Positions 8,542 through 18,110 of a stretch of DNA of 64,000 nucleotides are shown piece after piece. Under the pieces are notes generated by a model. That model was not told where the DNA came from. It saw nothing but the letters and a program-made list of their open reading frames with translations, and did not search any database. Source of the DNA: an uncultured virus (IMG/VR IMGVR_UViG_3300044796_000596) (taxonomy: Duplodnaviria; Heunggongvirae; Uroviricota; Caudoviricetes); the IMG/VR virus record IMGVR_UViG_3300044796_000596; one strand, 5' to 3'. Positions within the stretch are counted from its first letter, which is position 1. The number at the start of each line of letters is the position of its first letter. Made by a program: the position numbers and the translations under genes.

Positions 8542-8864
8542 TGATCGGCGGCTCCGGCGACAAGTTCCTCATTGTCGTCGCGATCGTCAGCCTCTCGGCC
8601 GGCGCGGCGGGGCTCGCCGATCTCGTCGCCCGCCGGATGGCCGAGCGTCGGAAGCGCGCCATCGCCTCGGGGCCGCTCCGCATCGCGCGCCTCTGCACGA
8701 CCAAGCTCCCCTGCCGCGTATGCGGAAACCCCATCGAAGACGGGGACTTCGTCGCCTGGCGCGAGGGCGAGGACTACGCCCACGTGACCTGTGTGCGCCG
8801 CCCGATCCCACCGAATCAGCCTCCCGAGAAGGTCGACGGGTTGCCAGCGCCCGATCGTCCGTAG
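8522..8864 (+). pseudogene. 3' fragment of the IS607-interrupted membrane protein with C-terminal Zn-finger-like motif
   Basis: LVCLGSVIGG...FLIVVAIVSL TM segment; CRVCGNPI...HVTC. Confidence 0.65.
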
Positions 8865-8878
8865 TTCCACGTGAAACG
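8863..8878. promoter_or_regulatory. parS-like palindrome
   Basis: AGTTCCACGTGAAACG; inner 14 nt match the parS consensus TGTTNCACGTGAAACA; at a gene boundary. Confidence 0.4.
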
Positions 8879-9156
8879 TCCCGAGGTTCAATTCTACGGT
8901 GCGGACCGAAAAAGGTCGCACCACGTCAGGTGACAGGCGACACGCTCGGCGCACGCGCGCGAACGCGCGAACCGTGCGGTGGTGGCACATCGCGTGCCGA
9001 TGGTTAGGGTCGGGCATCGGCTCCTTGTGGAAAAACAGGGGAGAGATCGTGCTGGAAACCGCTAAAAACACGTGCAAACCGAACGGTCAACATGACGACC
9101 AACAGCGGTTTTCGCAGGCTCTACGCGACGGACTTCGCGCAGACGTTGGGCGTGCG

Positions 9157-11130
9157 ATGACCCGTCCCACGGCAGCTTCTAGGAAGCAGCTCGCGCTGGC
9201 GCTTGCAGACGCGCCCCAGGCGGTGTCGAGTAACCTCACCGAGACGTTTCGGCGCCTCTACTACCACTTGTACACGAACAGCAATGCCACGCGGGCGGAG
9301 ACCCTCGTTGAAGACCTGTCGCTGATCCTTCTGCTCAAGCTCGCCTCGGAGCGTGCGAAGGCGGACCACCTGTTGACGGCGTACTGCGAACACGGGGGTT
9401 CTTCGGCTCCGATGCTCAAGGTGCTGCGCCAGGAGTTCCCGAACCTTGTCGCCGCCGATCGACGCTTCAAGATCGGTGATGAGGCGCTCCGGCATGCGTT
9501 GAACGACCTCCGCGCGGTGAACCTGTCGAGCGCGCCGGGGCATGCACTCGGCGAAGCATTCCAAGCCCTGATCGGACCTCGACTCCGTGGAGACAAGGGG
9601 CAGTTTTTCACGCCCCGCTCGCTCGTCGCCTCGATGGTTCAGATCGTGGCCCCAAAGCCGAACGAGTCCGTTCTCGACCCGGCATGCGGCACGGGTGGTT
9701 TCATCATCGAAGCGGCCGTGTTCCAGGCCGCCGGAGGCCATGCTCAGGGCGTTGTCGTCGGCGCCGAGAAGGATCACGACCTGAGTGGCCTTGCTGGGGC
9801 GCTTCTCCAAATCACCGCAGGCGCAAGGGGCCTCGTCCGCCAGGCCAACTCGCTGGACTTGGCCGAGTGGGGGGTCGGTGAAGACGGCGAACCGACGGAG
9901 CGATTCGACGTGATCCTCACGAACCCGCCGTTCGGTGCCAAGATTGGCGTGAAGGACCCCGCGATCCTGCGTCGTTTCGCTGTCGGACATCGGTGGGCGC
10001 AGTCGTTGTTGCCGGGCGGATGGGTGCGCACCAAGTCGTTGCTGCCGAGTCAAGATCCGCAGGTTCTGTTCTTGGAGCTGTGCGTGCGCCTGCTTCGCCC
10101 AGGCGGGCGCCTCGGGATCGTGCTGCCGGAGGGGATGTTCGGGAACAAGGGGGAGGGCTACGTCTGGCAGTGGCTTTCCGCGCAGGGGCGCATCCTCGCG
10201 CTGTTGGATTGCCCGAGGACCACGTTTCAGCCGAGCACCGACACGAAGACGAACGCGCTCTTCTTTGAGCGCGCGAAGCGCGTCTCCGTCGTCGCTCCGA
10301 CCGTGCCTACCGTTGTACGGGTGGGGGTCGCCTTGACCTGCGGGCACGATCGGCGCGGCCGTTCGCAGCTCGCCGATGGTTCGATGCACCCGGACGACTT
10401 CATCGACCTCGGCAAGTCCTACCACGCGAAGGATGGCTCCAAGGCTCTGTGGCGCGACGTGCAGCTCGCGCGCCTGGACTACCTCGTTCCGCGGTACTAC
10501 GCCGAGCGGCAACCGATCACCGCGCAGGAGAAGGATCTGACCCGCGGCGCCACGTGGTCTTCGTTGGCGGACTTGGTGGCATCGAAGATCCTGACGATCC
10601 GCAAGGGCCACGAAGTTGGCTCCGACGCGTACGGGACCGGCGATGTACCGTTCGTCCGCACGTCGGACATCTCCAACTTCGAGATTTCGGCCGACCCCAC
10701 CAAGGCCGTCAGCGCCGACGTCTACGCCAAGTTCTCGAAGCAACAGCGCGTGAAGGCGGGCGACGTGTTGATCGTGGTGGACGGCAGGTACCGGATCGGC
10801 GCGACGGCGATGCTGACGAAGCACAACTCCAAGTGCGTCGTGCAGAGCCACTTCCGCATCATCGGTACGCCCGAGCCCCAGCAGCTTGACCCGTACGAGG
10901 TGCTGTTCGCGCTGAATCTGCCATCGGTGCGGCTGCGCATCCGCGATCTGGTCTTCATCCAGTCTACACTCGGCACGCTCGGGAAGCGGCTCTACGAGTT
11001 GAAGATCCCGATCCTGCACGGTGACGGGCCGTGGCGCAGCCATGTCGACACGTTCCGGCGCCTCTTGCACGAGCGTGACCTTCTACTCGGTGAGCTTGCC
11101 ACACGGGCCGGCCCAGACTTCGAGCTTTAG
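9157..11130 (+). CDS. N6-adenine DNA methyltransferase (HsdM-like) fused to a C-terminal target-recognition domain
   Basis: GQFFTP, VLDPACGTGGF (motif I), ILTNPPFG (motif IV), GRLGIVLPEG; HsdS-like C-terminus (VPFVRTSDI...GDVLIV..G...IG). Confidence 0.9.
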   Translation: MTRPTAASRKQLALALADAPQAVSSNLTETFRRLYYHLYTNSNATRAETLVEDLSLILLLKLASERAKADHLLTAYCEHGGSSAPMLKVLRQEFPNLVAADRRFKIGDEALRHALNDLRAVNLSSAPGHALGEAFQALIGPRLRGDKGQFFTPRSLVASMVQIVAPKPNESVLDPACGTGGFIIEAAVFQAAGGHAQGVVVGAEKDHDLSGLAGALLQITAGARGLVRQANSLDLAEWGVGEDGEPTERFDVILTNPPFGAKIGVKDPAILRRFAVGHRWAQSLLPGGWVRTKSLLPSQDPQVLFLELCVRLLRPGGRLGIVLPEGMFGNKGEGYVWQWLSAQGRILALLDCPRTTFQPSTDTKTNALFFERAKRVSVVAPTVPTVVRVGVALTCGHDRRGRSQLADGSMHPDDFIDLGKSYHAKDGSKALWRDVQLARLDYLVPRYYAERQPITAQEKDLTRGATWSSLADLVASKILTIRKGHEVGSDAYGTGDVPFVRTSDISNFEISADPTKAVSADVYAKFSKQQRVKAGDVLIVVDGRYRIGATAMLTKHNSKCVVQSHFRIIGTPEPQQLDPYEVLFALNLPSVRLRIRDLVFIQSTLGTLGKRLYELKIPILHGDGPWRSHVDTFRRLLHERDLLLGELATRAGPDFEL

Positions 11131-11438
11131 GCTTTCGTTACAGTGTACCCGCTGCGCCCCATGACCTCGACCATCCATGTCTCGAACGTGGTGAGGGACC
11201 GATCCCCCTTCGTTGTGTTGCACAGATGATGAACGAAGGCGACGTTCCCAGGCGCGTGACGCCGAAGGATGCTCGGATCGAGGTGGTCCGAGTCGATCGC
11301 CGCCTTGCTCTGTTCTGCGAGGTCAAACTCATCAAAGTCGAGCGGAAGTTTGCAGATCGGACACCGGCCGACGTCTTTCCTCGGAACGGCAGGCAAGTAG
11401 CGCGCGATTGTCGCTGCGCACGCAGGCGCTCCACGCAT
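11127..11438 (-). CDS. HNH endonuclease, probably an N-terminally truncated restriction endonuclease
   Basis: CPIC...DSDHLDP...GNVAFVHHLCNTTKGDR; convergent with the MTase with overlapping stops; only 103 aa. Confidence 0.65.
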   Translation of the reverse strand: MRGAPACAATIARYLPAVPRKDVGRCPICKLPLDFDEFDLAEQSKAAIDSDHLDPSILRRHAPGNVAFVHHLCNTTKGDRSLTTFETWMVEVMGRSGYTVTKA

Positions 11439-11447
11439 CTCGTACGC

Positions 11448-11647
11448 TTGGGAAGGTCCGCACGTGGCTCCAGAAGGACCACGCGTCGGTGTTCGCAGAG
11501 CAGGCGCACACGCGGCAGGGCACGCCGGAGCGGGCCTACTGGCACCACGGCTACCTCATGGCGCTCACGGATCTCCTCTCCGCGCTCGGGAAGCTCGACG
11601 TGAAGCCGAAGGACGGCGCCGCACCCTACGGCGACGACGAGCGCTGA
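11448..11647 (+). CDS. Small phage-type hypothetical protein, possibly 5'-truncated
   Basis: EQAHTRQGTPERAYWHHGYLMALTDLL; typical codon usage resumes here. Confidence 0.45.
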
Positions 11648-11803
11648 GGCGACGTGGGCCGCCACGAGACAAGCGTAGCGAGGACGACGTGAAACGATCC
11701 CCATCCTGAGAATCCGCGAGAAACGTCCTGAGATTCCTACGGGCGAGATCGATGGGGAGGGGTGCCCTACCTATTTCGGGGTCTGCCTGATACGATCCCG
11801 AGC

Positions 11804-14800
11804 ATGCTCCGAGCCGAAGCCGACGGGCCCGACGCCGCTCCGACCGATCCGACCGATCCGACCGCCGTGCCTCGCTGGGCGTGGGGTGGCAAGCCAAGGG
11901 TCTTCGACGCGCTGGATCTCGACGGGGATGGGAAAGTATCCCGGGACGAGCTCGTGCACGCGATTGGACGGAACGTCCTCGAGGCGAGCCTCACCGACCT
12001 CACTCACCTGAGCCCCGAGGAGCACCTCGACGCCATCAACGCGGGCCGGCGCGAGGGCGCCAAGCTGCGGAGCGCCGTGGAGGGGCTCGGGAACGAGATC
12101 CTCAAGATGGGCGGCGGCAGGCCCCCCGCGTGGTGCACGGGTTTCGCGCCCCTTCTCGGGACGGGGGGAGATCCGACGATCCTCCGCGTGGGCTTCGCGC
12201 CGGGATCGAACCCGCCGCCGTTCCCCGCGCGGTACCGCGGCTTCCCGGTCCTGATGGTGGAGCGTCGGATCGACGGCGCCCTCGGCGAAGCGGGTGCGCC
12301 CGCCGCACCGCATGGGGAGGCGCCGCATGGGGAGGCGCCGCCTGCGGGTCCGCCGCACGCTGGTCCGCCGCCTGCGGGTCCGCCGCCTGCGGGTCCGTCG
12401 CCTGCCAAGACGAACATCGACGCTGTGCGTCCGCTCGCGCAGATGGGGACGGCGCCGACCCACCCGTTCACGCAGGCGCCGGGCGCCCCGTCGCCGAGGC
12501 CCGCGGGTGGCGGCAAGGTCGAGCCCTCGCCGTTCTTGAGCAGCCAGCCCGGAGCCGTGGGACAGAAGCCCGGAGCCCCGTCGCCGAGGCCCGCGGGTGG
12601 CGGCAAGGTCGAACCCTCGCCGTTTCTGAGCAGCCAGCCCGGAGCCGTGGGACAGAAGCCGGGCGCGCCGGGCGCTCCGTCGCCGAGGCCCGCGGGTGGC
12701 GGCAAGGTCGAGCCCTCGCCCGGAGCCCCGTCGCCGAGGCCCGCGGGTGGCGGCAGGGTCGAGCCCTCGCCCGGAGCCCCGTCGCCGAGGCCCGCGGGTG
12801 GCGGCAAGGTCGAACCCTCGCCGTTCCTGAGCAGCCAGCCCGGAGCCGTGGGACAGAAGCCGGGCGCGCCGGGCGCTCCGTCGCCGAGGCCCGCGGGTGG
12901 CGGCAAGGTCGAGCCCTCGCCCGGAGCCCCGTCGCCGAGGCCCGCGGGTGGCGGCAGGGTCGAGCCCTCGCCCGGAGCCCCGTCGCCGAGGCCCGCGGGT
13001 GGCGGCAAGGTCGAGCCCTCGGCACCGGCCCCTCGTCCTCGGCCGGGACAGCCTGCACCGCGCCCGGCCCCGCCGAACTCCCACGTCATTGGTCTCGGAG
13101 GTCGTGCCGGTCGTGTTCGGCAGCCGCCGCCGCCTCGGGAGCATGTCGCGGCTCCGTACGTGGTCGGTCTGCGTCCGGAGGTGCCGCGCGAGCGGGTCCT
13201 CATCGAGGGCGTGCAGCGCGATCCGTATCGCTACCGGACGGACGTCTTGCTCTACCGTCGCAACCCGCGCCGGTACGAGGAGCTCGAACGTCGAGGCTTC
13301 CTCCCCTCGCAGGTGTGGGAGCGGTACCGGACCCGTCCCGAGTACGTCTCGCTCGTCCGGGGCTGGGAGCCGGCGGAAGCAAACGAACTCCTCACGATGT
13401 TCGTGCGCCGACCTCGCGAGGCCCAGCGGCTCTATGGGCGCATGCGCCGCGAGCGCGCACAGCGTCTCGGCGAGCGGCGTCGCTCCCTGCTTCGCGGCCT
13501 TTTCACTCGCTGGACGGGGGCATGGTCGCCCGACTTCGCGCCGTACTTCGACGAGATGACGGCGGCGTACACGGTCGAGCAGAGGGCATCGCTCCGCCGT
13601 GCGATCGAGGCGCAGGACCAGGCGGGCGCCGAGGCGCTCCTCGCGCAGATCGAGGCCGAGACCGCCGCTGCCCAAGACGCGGAGGCGCAGGCCGCGCTTC
13701 AGGGGATGGTGCAGGAATCGACGACGGTGCAGGGCCAGAGCGGCGCGTACGCCGAGCTCGACCAGCCGGATCCTTCCGACCCGGACCCCTTCCCGGCCTT
13801 CGACGACAGCTCGCCTCCCGACGCGCCCCCGGATGCGCCGCCGCCGGATGCGCCGCCGCCGGATGCCGGTCCCCCGGATGCGCCCCCGGATGCGCCCCCG
13901 GATGGCGACGCGGGCGGGATCTACAACGGCCTCTACAACGGCCGCCGCCTGAACCTCGGTCGCGCCTCCAACGGAGCCTCCTCCAACGGAGCCTCCAACG
14001 GCGACGCGGGCTTTCCGTGGCTCGGTGCGGGGCTGCTCGGGCTCTTCGGCTACCTCGTGTACCAGACCTACAACACGGTCGATCGGGCGCGCGCCGCGGG
14101 CCAGCAGTTCCAGGCGGCGGTCGCGAAGGGCCTCACGGACGGGCAGATCGCGGAGTACGGGCCGAAGGTGTTCACGCGTCTCGGCGGCGAGGCGGGCCTT
14201 CAGCGGGTTCTCGCATCGCTCAACGCGTCCAGCGCGCCCAGCGCGTCCAGCGCGCCCGGCGCGTCCAGCGCGCCCAGCGCGTCCAACGCACCCGACGGGC
14301 GCGCGCCAGTGACGCTCACCGCCGAGCAGCAGATGCTCGCCGATGTCCTGAGCGGCAGGGTGCAGGCGGGCGAGCCGGGGAACCAGATCCGCGCGATGTT
14401 CAAGGACATGGGCGGCGTGCAGGGCTCGCGCAACCTCCTCGATGCGCTCTACGGTCGCGTCGCGACGGACGGCCTCACGCCCTTCGCGCAGCGCGTCGCG
14501 CGCGCGCTCAAGGGCAAGGTCGGGTCGGTCGCGCCGGCCCCGAAGGCCCCGGCGAAGCCGGGAGCCCCTGCCGCGAAGGTCGACGCGGGCGATCCCCCGG
14601 GACGGTTCGATCGGCTTACGGGCGTCCCCGCGGGCGCGCCGCGCATCGTTCGAGTCGAGTTCGTGCAGAGGCTCGACCCCTCGGGCAACGGCAACCGCTG
14701 GCGCATCTGGCTCGACAACGACGATGCGCGGACCGTCGATCGCTGGGGCGGCAAGCCGTGCGTCGGCGATTGCGAGCTCGTGGACGATGTGCCGATCACG

Positions 14801-17800
14801 GTCGGCGGAGAGACCGGCGATTTCGACGACATCGTCGAGTCGGAGCGGCGCAAGCTTCGAGGCACGTGGCTCGGGGATCGGATCGGGATCAAGCCCGTGG
14901 ACCCCACGATCCCGCTGCCCAAGCCGACGCCGCCGCCGACCGTGCTGAAGCCCGACACGGGCTTGCCGCTCGTCGGCGATCTGGGTGGCCTTCTCGGTGG
15001 CCGAGACCCGGCAGCGGTCTTCGAGTCGCTTTTTGGGGCTGCGACGCGCGCCCTGAGCGGTGTGCAGGGTGCGCAGGGTAGTGCGCCAAGTAGTGCACCG
15101 AGGCCCGGCTTGGTGCGGCTCCCGTCTGTGGCGAAGCCGCCTGTGGCGAAGCCGCCTGTGGCGAAGCCGCCTGTGGCGAAGCCGAAGCCGCCCGTCGCGA
15201 GGCCGCTCGTGGTGGCGAGGCCGCTCGTGGTGGCAAGGCCGTTTGTGGCGGTGGCGAAGCCTGTCGTGGCGAAGCCTGTCGTGGCGAAGCCTGTCGTGGC
15301 GAAACCCGACGAGCGATTCGTGCCGTCCGCGCCGGTGTTCGATAGCGACCAGCACGACACGTGGACGCAGTTGCCCTCGGGTGAGTGGAAGAGGGCGGGG
15401 GCCCCGGAGGAGCCCGAAACGGGTGACCTCGACGACCTCCGTGAGGTGCAGCGGCGCATTCTCCGAGACCTCACGATCCCGCCGCCGGCACCCCCGTTCA
15501 CCCCGCTGCTTCCGTTGCCCGCGCCTGCGCCTGCGCCGCTCGACAACGCCCGCGTGCTCGGGCTGGGCAAGGGCGGAGACGCGGGTGCGCCGACGACCTG
15601 GGCCTACGATCGGTACTACCTGGAGAGCAACGCGCCGGGCACGCCGTTCACCTTCGATCGCCGGGTCTTCGACGCCGTTCCCGAGGCTGAGGTCGCCGAG
15701 CGCGACCGACAGTTCCAGGAGGCCGAGAGTCAGAAGCGCCCGCGCCTGCGCGTGCTCGTGATGCGGACGCCGAGCGACAACGGGCTCGAGCACATCAACG
15801 TCTGGGACACGATGTTCGGCGACGGCATCCCCACGGCGAAGAACAGCGGTTCGTACGGGCGGCTCGACAAGCTGCTCGACAAGCCGTGGGATGAACGACT
15901 CGCTCTGCGCGATGCGGCTACGCGCGATGCGGCTACGCGCGATGCGGCTTCGCGTGACGCGGCTTCGCGCGAGGCAGGATCGGTCTCCGGGTCGGAGAGC
16001 GATCGGGCCGCCGCGATCGTCGAGGCGGCGAAGCCGTTCCTGGCCAAGCGCGGCATCTGGGTGTGCACCCCGGGGACAAGTTTCTTCGTGATGCCACGCT
16101 ACGCGGACCAGGCCACGGTGGTCCAAGCGTTCGCGGAGGCGTTCCCGAAGGAAGACGCCGTGGCGCTCGTGCGCTTCGTCGGGTTGGAGCAGGGCTGGAT
16201 CTTCGTTGCGACACAAGCGGTGGAGCGGGTGGAGCGGGTGGAGCGGCGCGAAACGCCGAACGTGGCGGCCTCTCCCGTGCTCGCAACGCTCGTGCGTACG
16301 CTGAACGATTGCGGTCGCCTCGCGATCCCGCGTGGAGGCATCGTTCCCGCGGACGTCTGCCTCGTCGGAGATGGCGCCGGCAAGAACCTCGACGAGAAGG
16401 TGGCCTCGGCGTTCGTGGACGTGTTCGGGCCGGAAATCGCGCTCGGCGCGTGGCAGCACGCGATCAACGCCGGGTGGCGCTTCGGGCAGAAGGTTCAGAG
16501 CGCCGGGGAGAGCGCAGGCGTCCTCGACGACACGGCGGACATCGCGATCCTGCTGCGTCTCCAGCCGTTTCTGAACCGCTACCCCGAGGGCGACGGAGTG
16601 AACGGAGTGACGAGGCGGGTGATCGGCGTGCCGCCCAACGGCGCGATGCCCGATCCGGAGAAGGTACTCGCGGTCATCGACACGGGCGCCGAGGCACCCG
16701 AGATCCGCTACGTCGCGGAGCGCGTGCTGCTTCGCGAGAGCCCGGACATGAAGGGGCGCGGCATCACCGAGCTCAGCCCGGGCAAGTCCGTGCGCGTGAT
16801 CGAGCACCGGACGAGCCCGGTGGGCGTGGACTGGCTGCGCGTCGACCCGAACATCGGCGGCGTGCAGGGATGGATCCAGGGCTTCTACACGAGCTTCATC
16901 GACGGCGCGCAGACCGACACCGGACGCGGCGGCGGCGGCGGCGGTGGTCACGGCGGCGGCGGCGGTGGTCACGGCGGCGGCGGTGGTCACGGCGGCGGCG
17001 GCGGCGGCTGGGGTGGGCGCGGGCGCGGGCGCGACGACTACTGGGGTGGCTGGGGCGGAGGCGGCGGCATCGGCTGGTTCGAGGAGGGTCCCCCGTACCC
17101 GCCGCCGTACCCGCTCGACGAGGACGAGGCAGGCGGTGTCGACACGGCACGCGGCGGGGGTCGCCGTGGCGGCGGCCGTGGCGGGCGCGGCTGGGGCTAC
17201 GGCGGTCGCGGCTACGGCTACGGCGGCGGCTACGGCGGCTACGGCTACGGCCCGTGGTGGTGGTACTCCAATCAGCCGCCCGTCTACGTGCTCGATCAGC
17301 GCGAGGAGAGCGACGAGGCAAACGACGAGGCAGGCGGGCCGGATCTCAAGGCCACGCTCCCGCCCGTGCTCCCGCCCGCGGCGGCGGACCACCAGGGCCC
17401 GGTGCTCCCGTGGCAGGGAACGGTCGCGGCCTTCAAGGCGCTCGACGTGAACGACGACGGGGTGGTGTCCCACCAGGAGCTGCACGAGGGGCTCGGCAAG
17501 ACCGGGGTCAAGCTCGCCCGCTACAACCTCCCCGCGCACCCGGAACCCCCGCAGGGGTCCGGTTACACGTGGTCGTCGGGCATGCGGTGGATCGTCTTCC
17601 CAGACCGCGAGGCGAAGGCCCGGTACATGGCGACCGCGGCCGTGCACGACTCGCACGACCCGCAGGTCCTCTCGTGGGCGAAGCAGTTCGAGGGCATCGA
17701 GGATCCGCTGGAGCGCGCGCAGGACATCCTGCGCTTCGCCCAACTCAACATCCGGTACGAGCACGATCCGGCCTGGTACGACGAGAACAATGAGCGGCAC

Positions 17801-18109
17801 GGCATCGAGCTGCTCGACTCCTCCGCGGTCGGCTTCGCCCGTGGCTACGGCGACTGCGACCTCAAGGCGAGGATCTTCGTCGCGCTCGCGCTGGCGTCGG
17901 GCCTCGAGGCAGAAATCTCTCCGGTGTTCACCGGCGAGAACGGCTTCCCCCACGTGCGCGCGCGGGTGAAGATCGGCGGACGCTGGCTCGTCGCCGACCC
18001 AACGATCGTCAACTCGGACATCGGTCGGCTCCCGATGCACCCGAAGGTGTACGTGAAAGACGATGGCGACGTGGGCCTCGCGCCCGGTGCGCCCGCGAAG
18101 GCAGCGTGA
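11804..18109 (+). CDS. Giant modular protein (about 2100 aa), putative virion polyprotein: EF-hand, Pro-rich repeats, TM helix, SH3b, Gly/Tyr/Trp-rich modules, second EF-hand, C-terminal transglutaminase-like (Cys-His-Asp) domain
   Basis: DLDGDGKVSRDE (11915-11950) and DVNDDGVVSHQE (17444-17479); FPWLGAGLLGLFGYLVY; LRESP...WLRV...GWI; GDCD (Cys 17855), FPHVRARV (His 17951), WLVADPT (Asp 17996). Confidence 0.85.
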   Translation: MLRAEADGPDAAPTDPTDPTAVPRWAWGGKPRVFDALDLDGDGKVSRDELVHAIGRNVLEASLTDLTHLSPEEHLDAINAGRREGAKLRSAVEGLGNEILKMGGGRPPAWCTGFAPLLGTGGDPTILRVGFAPGSNPPPFPARYRGFPVLMVERRIDGALGEAGAPAAPHGEAPHGEAPPAGPPHAGPPPAGPPPAGPSPAKTNIDAVRPLAQMGTAPTHPFTQAPGAPSPRPAGGGKVEPSPFLSSQPGAVGQKPGAPSPRPAGGGKVEPSPFLSSQPGAVGQKPGAPGAPSPRPAGGGKVEPSPGAPSPRPAGGGRVEPSPGAPSPRPAGGGKVEPSPFLSSQPGAVGQKPGAPGAPSPRPAGGGKVEPSPGAPSPRPAGGGRVEPSPGAPSPRPAGGGKVEPSAPAPRPRPGQPAPRPAPPNSHVIGLGGRAGRVRQPPPPREHVAAPYVVGLRPEVPRERVLIEGVQRDPYRYRTDVLLYRRNPRRYEELERRGFLPSQVWERYRTRPEYVSLVRGWEPAEANELLTMFVRRPREAQRLYGRMRRERAQRLGERRRSLLRGLFTRWTGAWSPDFAPYFDEMTAAYTVEQRASLRRAIEAQDQAGAEALLAQIEAETAAAQDAEAQAALQGMVQESTTVQGQSGAYAELDQPDPSDPDPFPAFDDSSPPDAPPDAPPPDAPPPDAGPPDAPPDAPPDGDAGGIYNGLYNGRRLNLGRASNGASSNGASNGDAGFPWLGAGLLGLFGYLVYQTYNTVDRARAAGQQFQAAVAKGLTDGQIAEYGPKVFTRLGGEAGLQRVLASLNASSAPSASSAPGASSAPSASNAPDGRAPVTLTAEQQMLADVLSGRVQAGEPGNQIRAMFKDMGGVQGSRNLLDALYGRVATDGLTPFAQRVARALKGKVGSVAPAPKAPAKPGAPAAKVDAGDPPGRFDRLTGVPAGAPRIVRVEFVQRLDPSGNGNRWRIWLDNDDARTVDRWGGKPCVGDCELVDDVPITVGGETGDFDDIVESERRKLRGTWLGDRIGIKPVDPTIPLPKPTPPPTVLKPDTGLPLVGDLGGLLGGRDPAAVFESLFGAATRALSGVQGAQGSAPSSAPRPGLVRLPSVAKPPVAKPPVAKPPVAKPKPPVARPLVVARPLVVARPFVAVAKPVVAKPVVAKPVVAKPDERFVPSAPVFDSDQHDTWTQLPSGEWKRAGAPEEPETGDLDDLREVQRRILRDLTIPPPAPPFTPLLPLPAPAPAPLDNARVLGLGKGGDAGAPTTWAYDRYYLESNAPGTPFTFDRRVFDAVPEAEVAERDRQFQEAESQKRPRLRVLVMRTPSDNGLEHINVWDTMFGDGIPTAKNSGSYGRLDKLLDKPWDERLALRDAATRDAATRDAASRDAASREAGSVSGSESDRAAAIVEAAKPFLAKRGIWVCTPGTSFFVMPRYADQATVVQAFAEAFPKEDAVALVRFVGLEQGWIFVATQAVERVERVERRETPNVAASPVLATLVRTLNDCGRLAIPRGGIVPADVCLVGDGAGKNLDEKVASAFVDVFGPEIALGAWQHAINAGWRFGQKVQSAGESAGVLDDTADIAILLRLQPFLNRYPEGDGVNGVTRRVIGVPPNGAMPDPEKVLAVIDTGAEAPEIRYVAERVLLRESPDMKGRGITELSPGKSVRVIEHRTSPVGVDWLRVDPNIGGVQGWIQGFYTSFIDGAQTDTGRGGGGGGGHGGGGGGHGGGGGHGGGGGGWGGRGRGRDDYWGGWGGGGGIGWFEEGPPYPPPYPLDEDEAGGVDTARGGGRRGGGRGGRGWGYGGRGYGYGGGYGGYGYGPWWWYSNQPPVYVLDQREESDEANDEAGGPDLKATLPPVLPPAAADHQGPVLPWQGTVAAFKALDVNDDGVVSHQELHEGLGKTGVKLARYNLPAHPEPPQGSGYTWSSGMRWIVFPDREAKARYMATAAVHDSHDPQVLSWAKQFEGIEDPLERAQDILRFAQLNIRYEHDPAWYDENNERHGIELLDSSAVGFARGYGDCDLKARIFVALALASGLEAEISPVFTGENGFPHVRARVKIGGRWLVADPTIVNSDIGRLPMHPKVYVKDDGDVGLAPGAPAKAA
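12479..13021 (+). repeat. Nested in-frame tandem repeats, 8 copies of APSPRPAGGG(K/R)VEPS
   Basis: Near-identical nucleotide copies, three followed by FLSSQPGAVGQKPG. Confidence 0.9.
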
Positions 18110-18110
18110 C

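Noticed and set aside
12479..13021. Regularly spaced repeats resembling a CRISPR array
   Set aside because: Intervening sequences are themselves repeated, everything is in frame within a CDS, and there are no cas genes.
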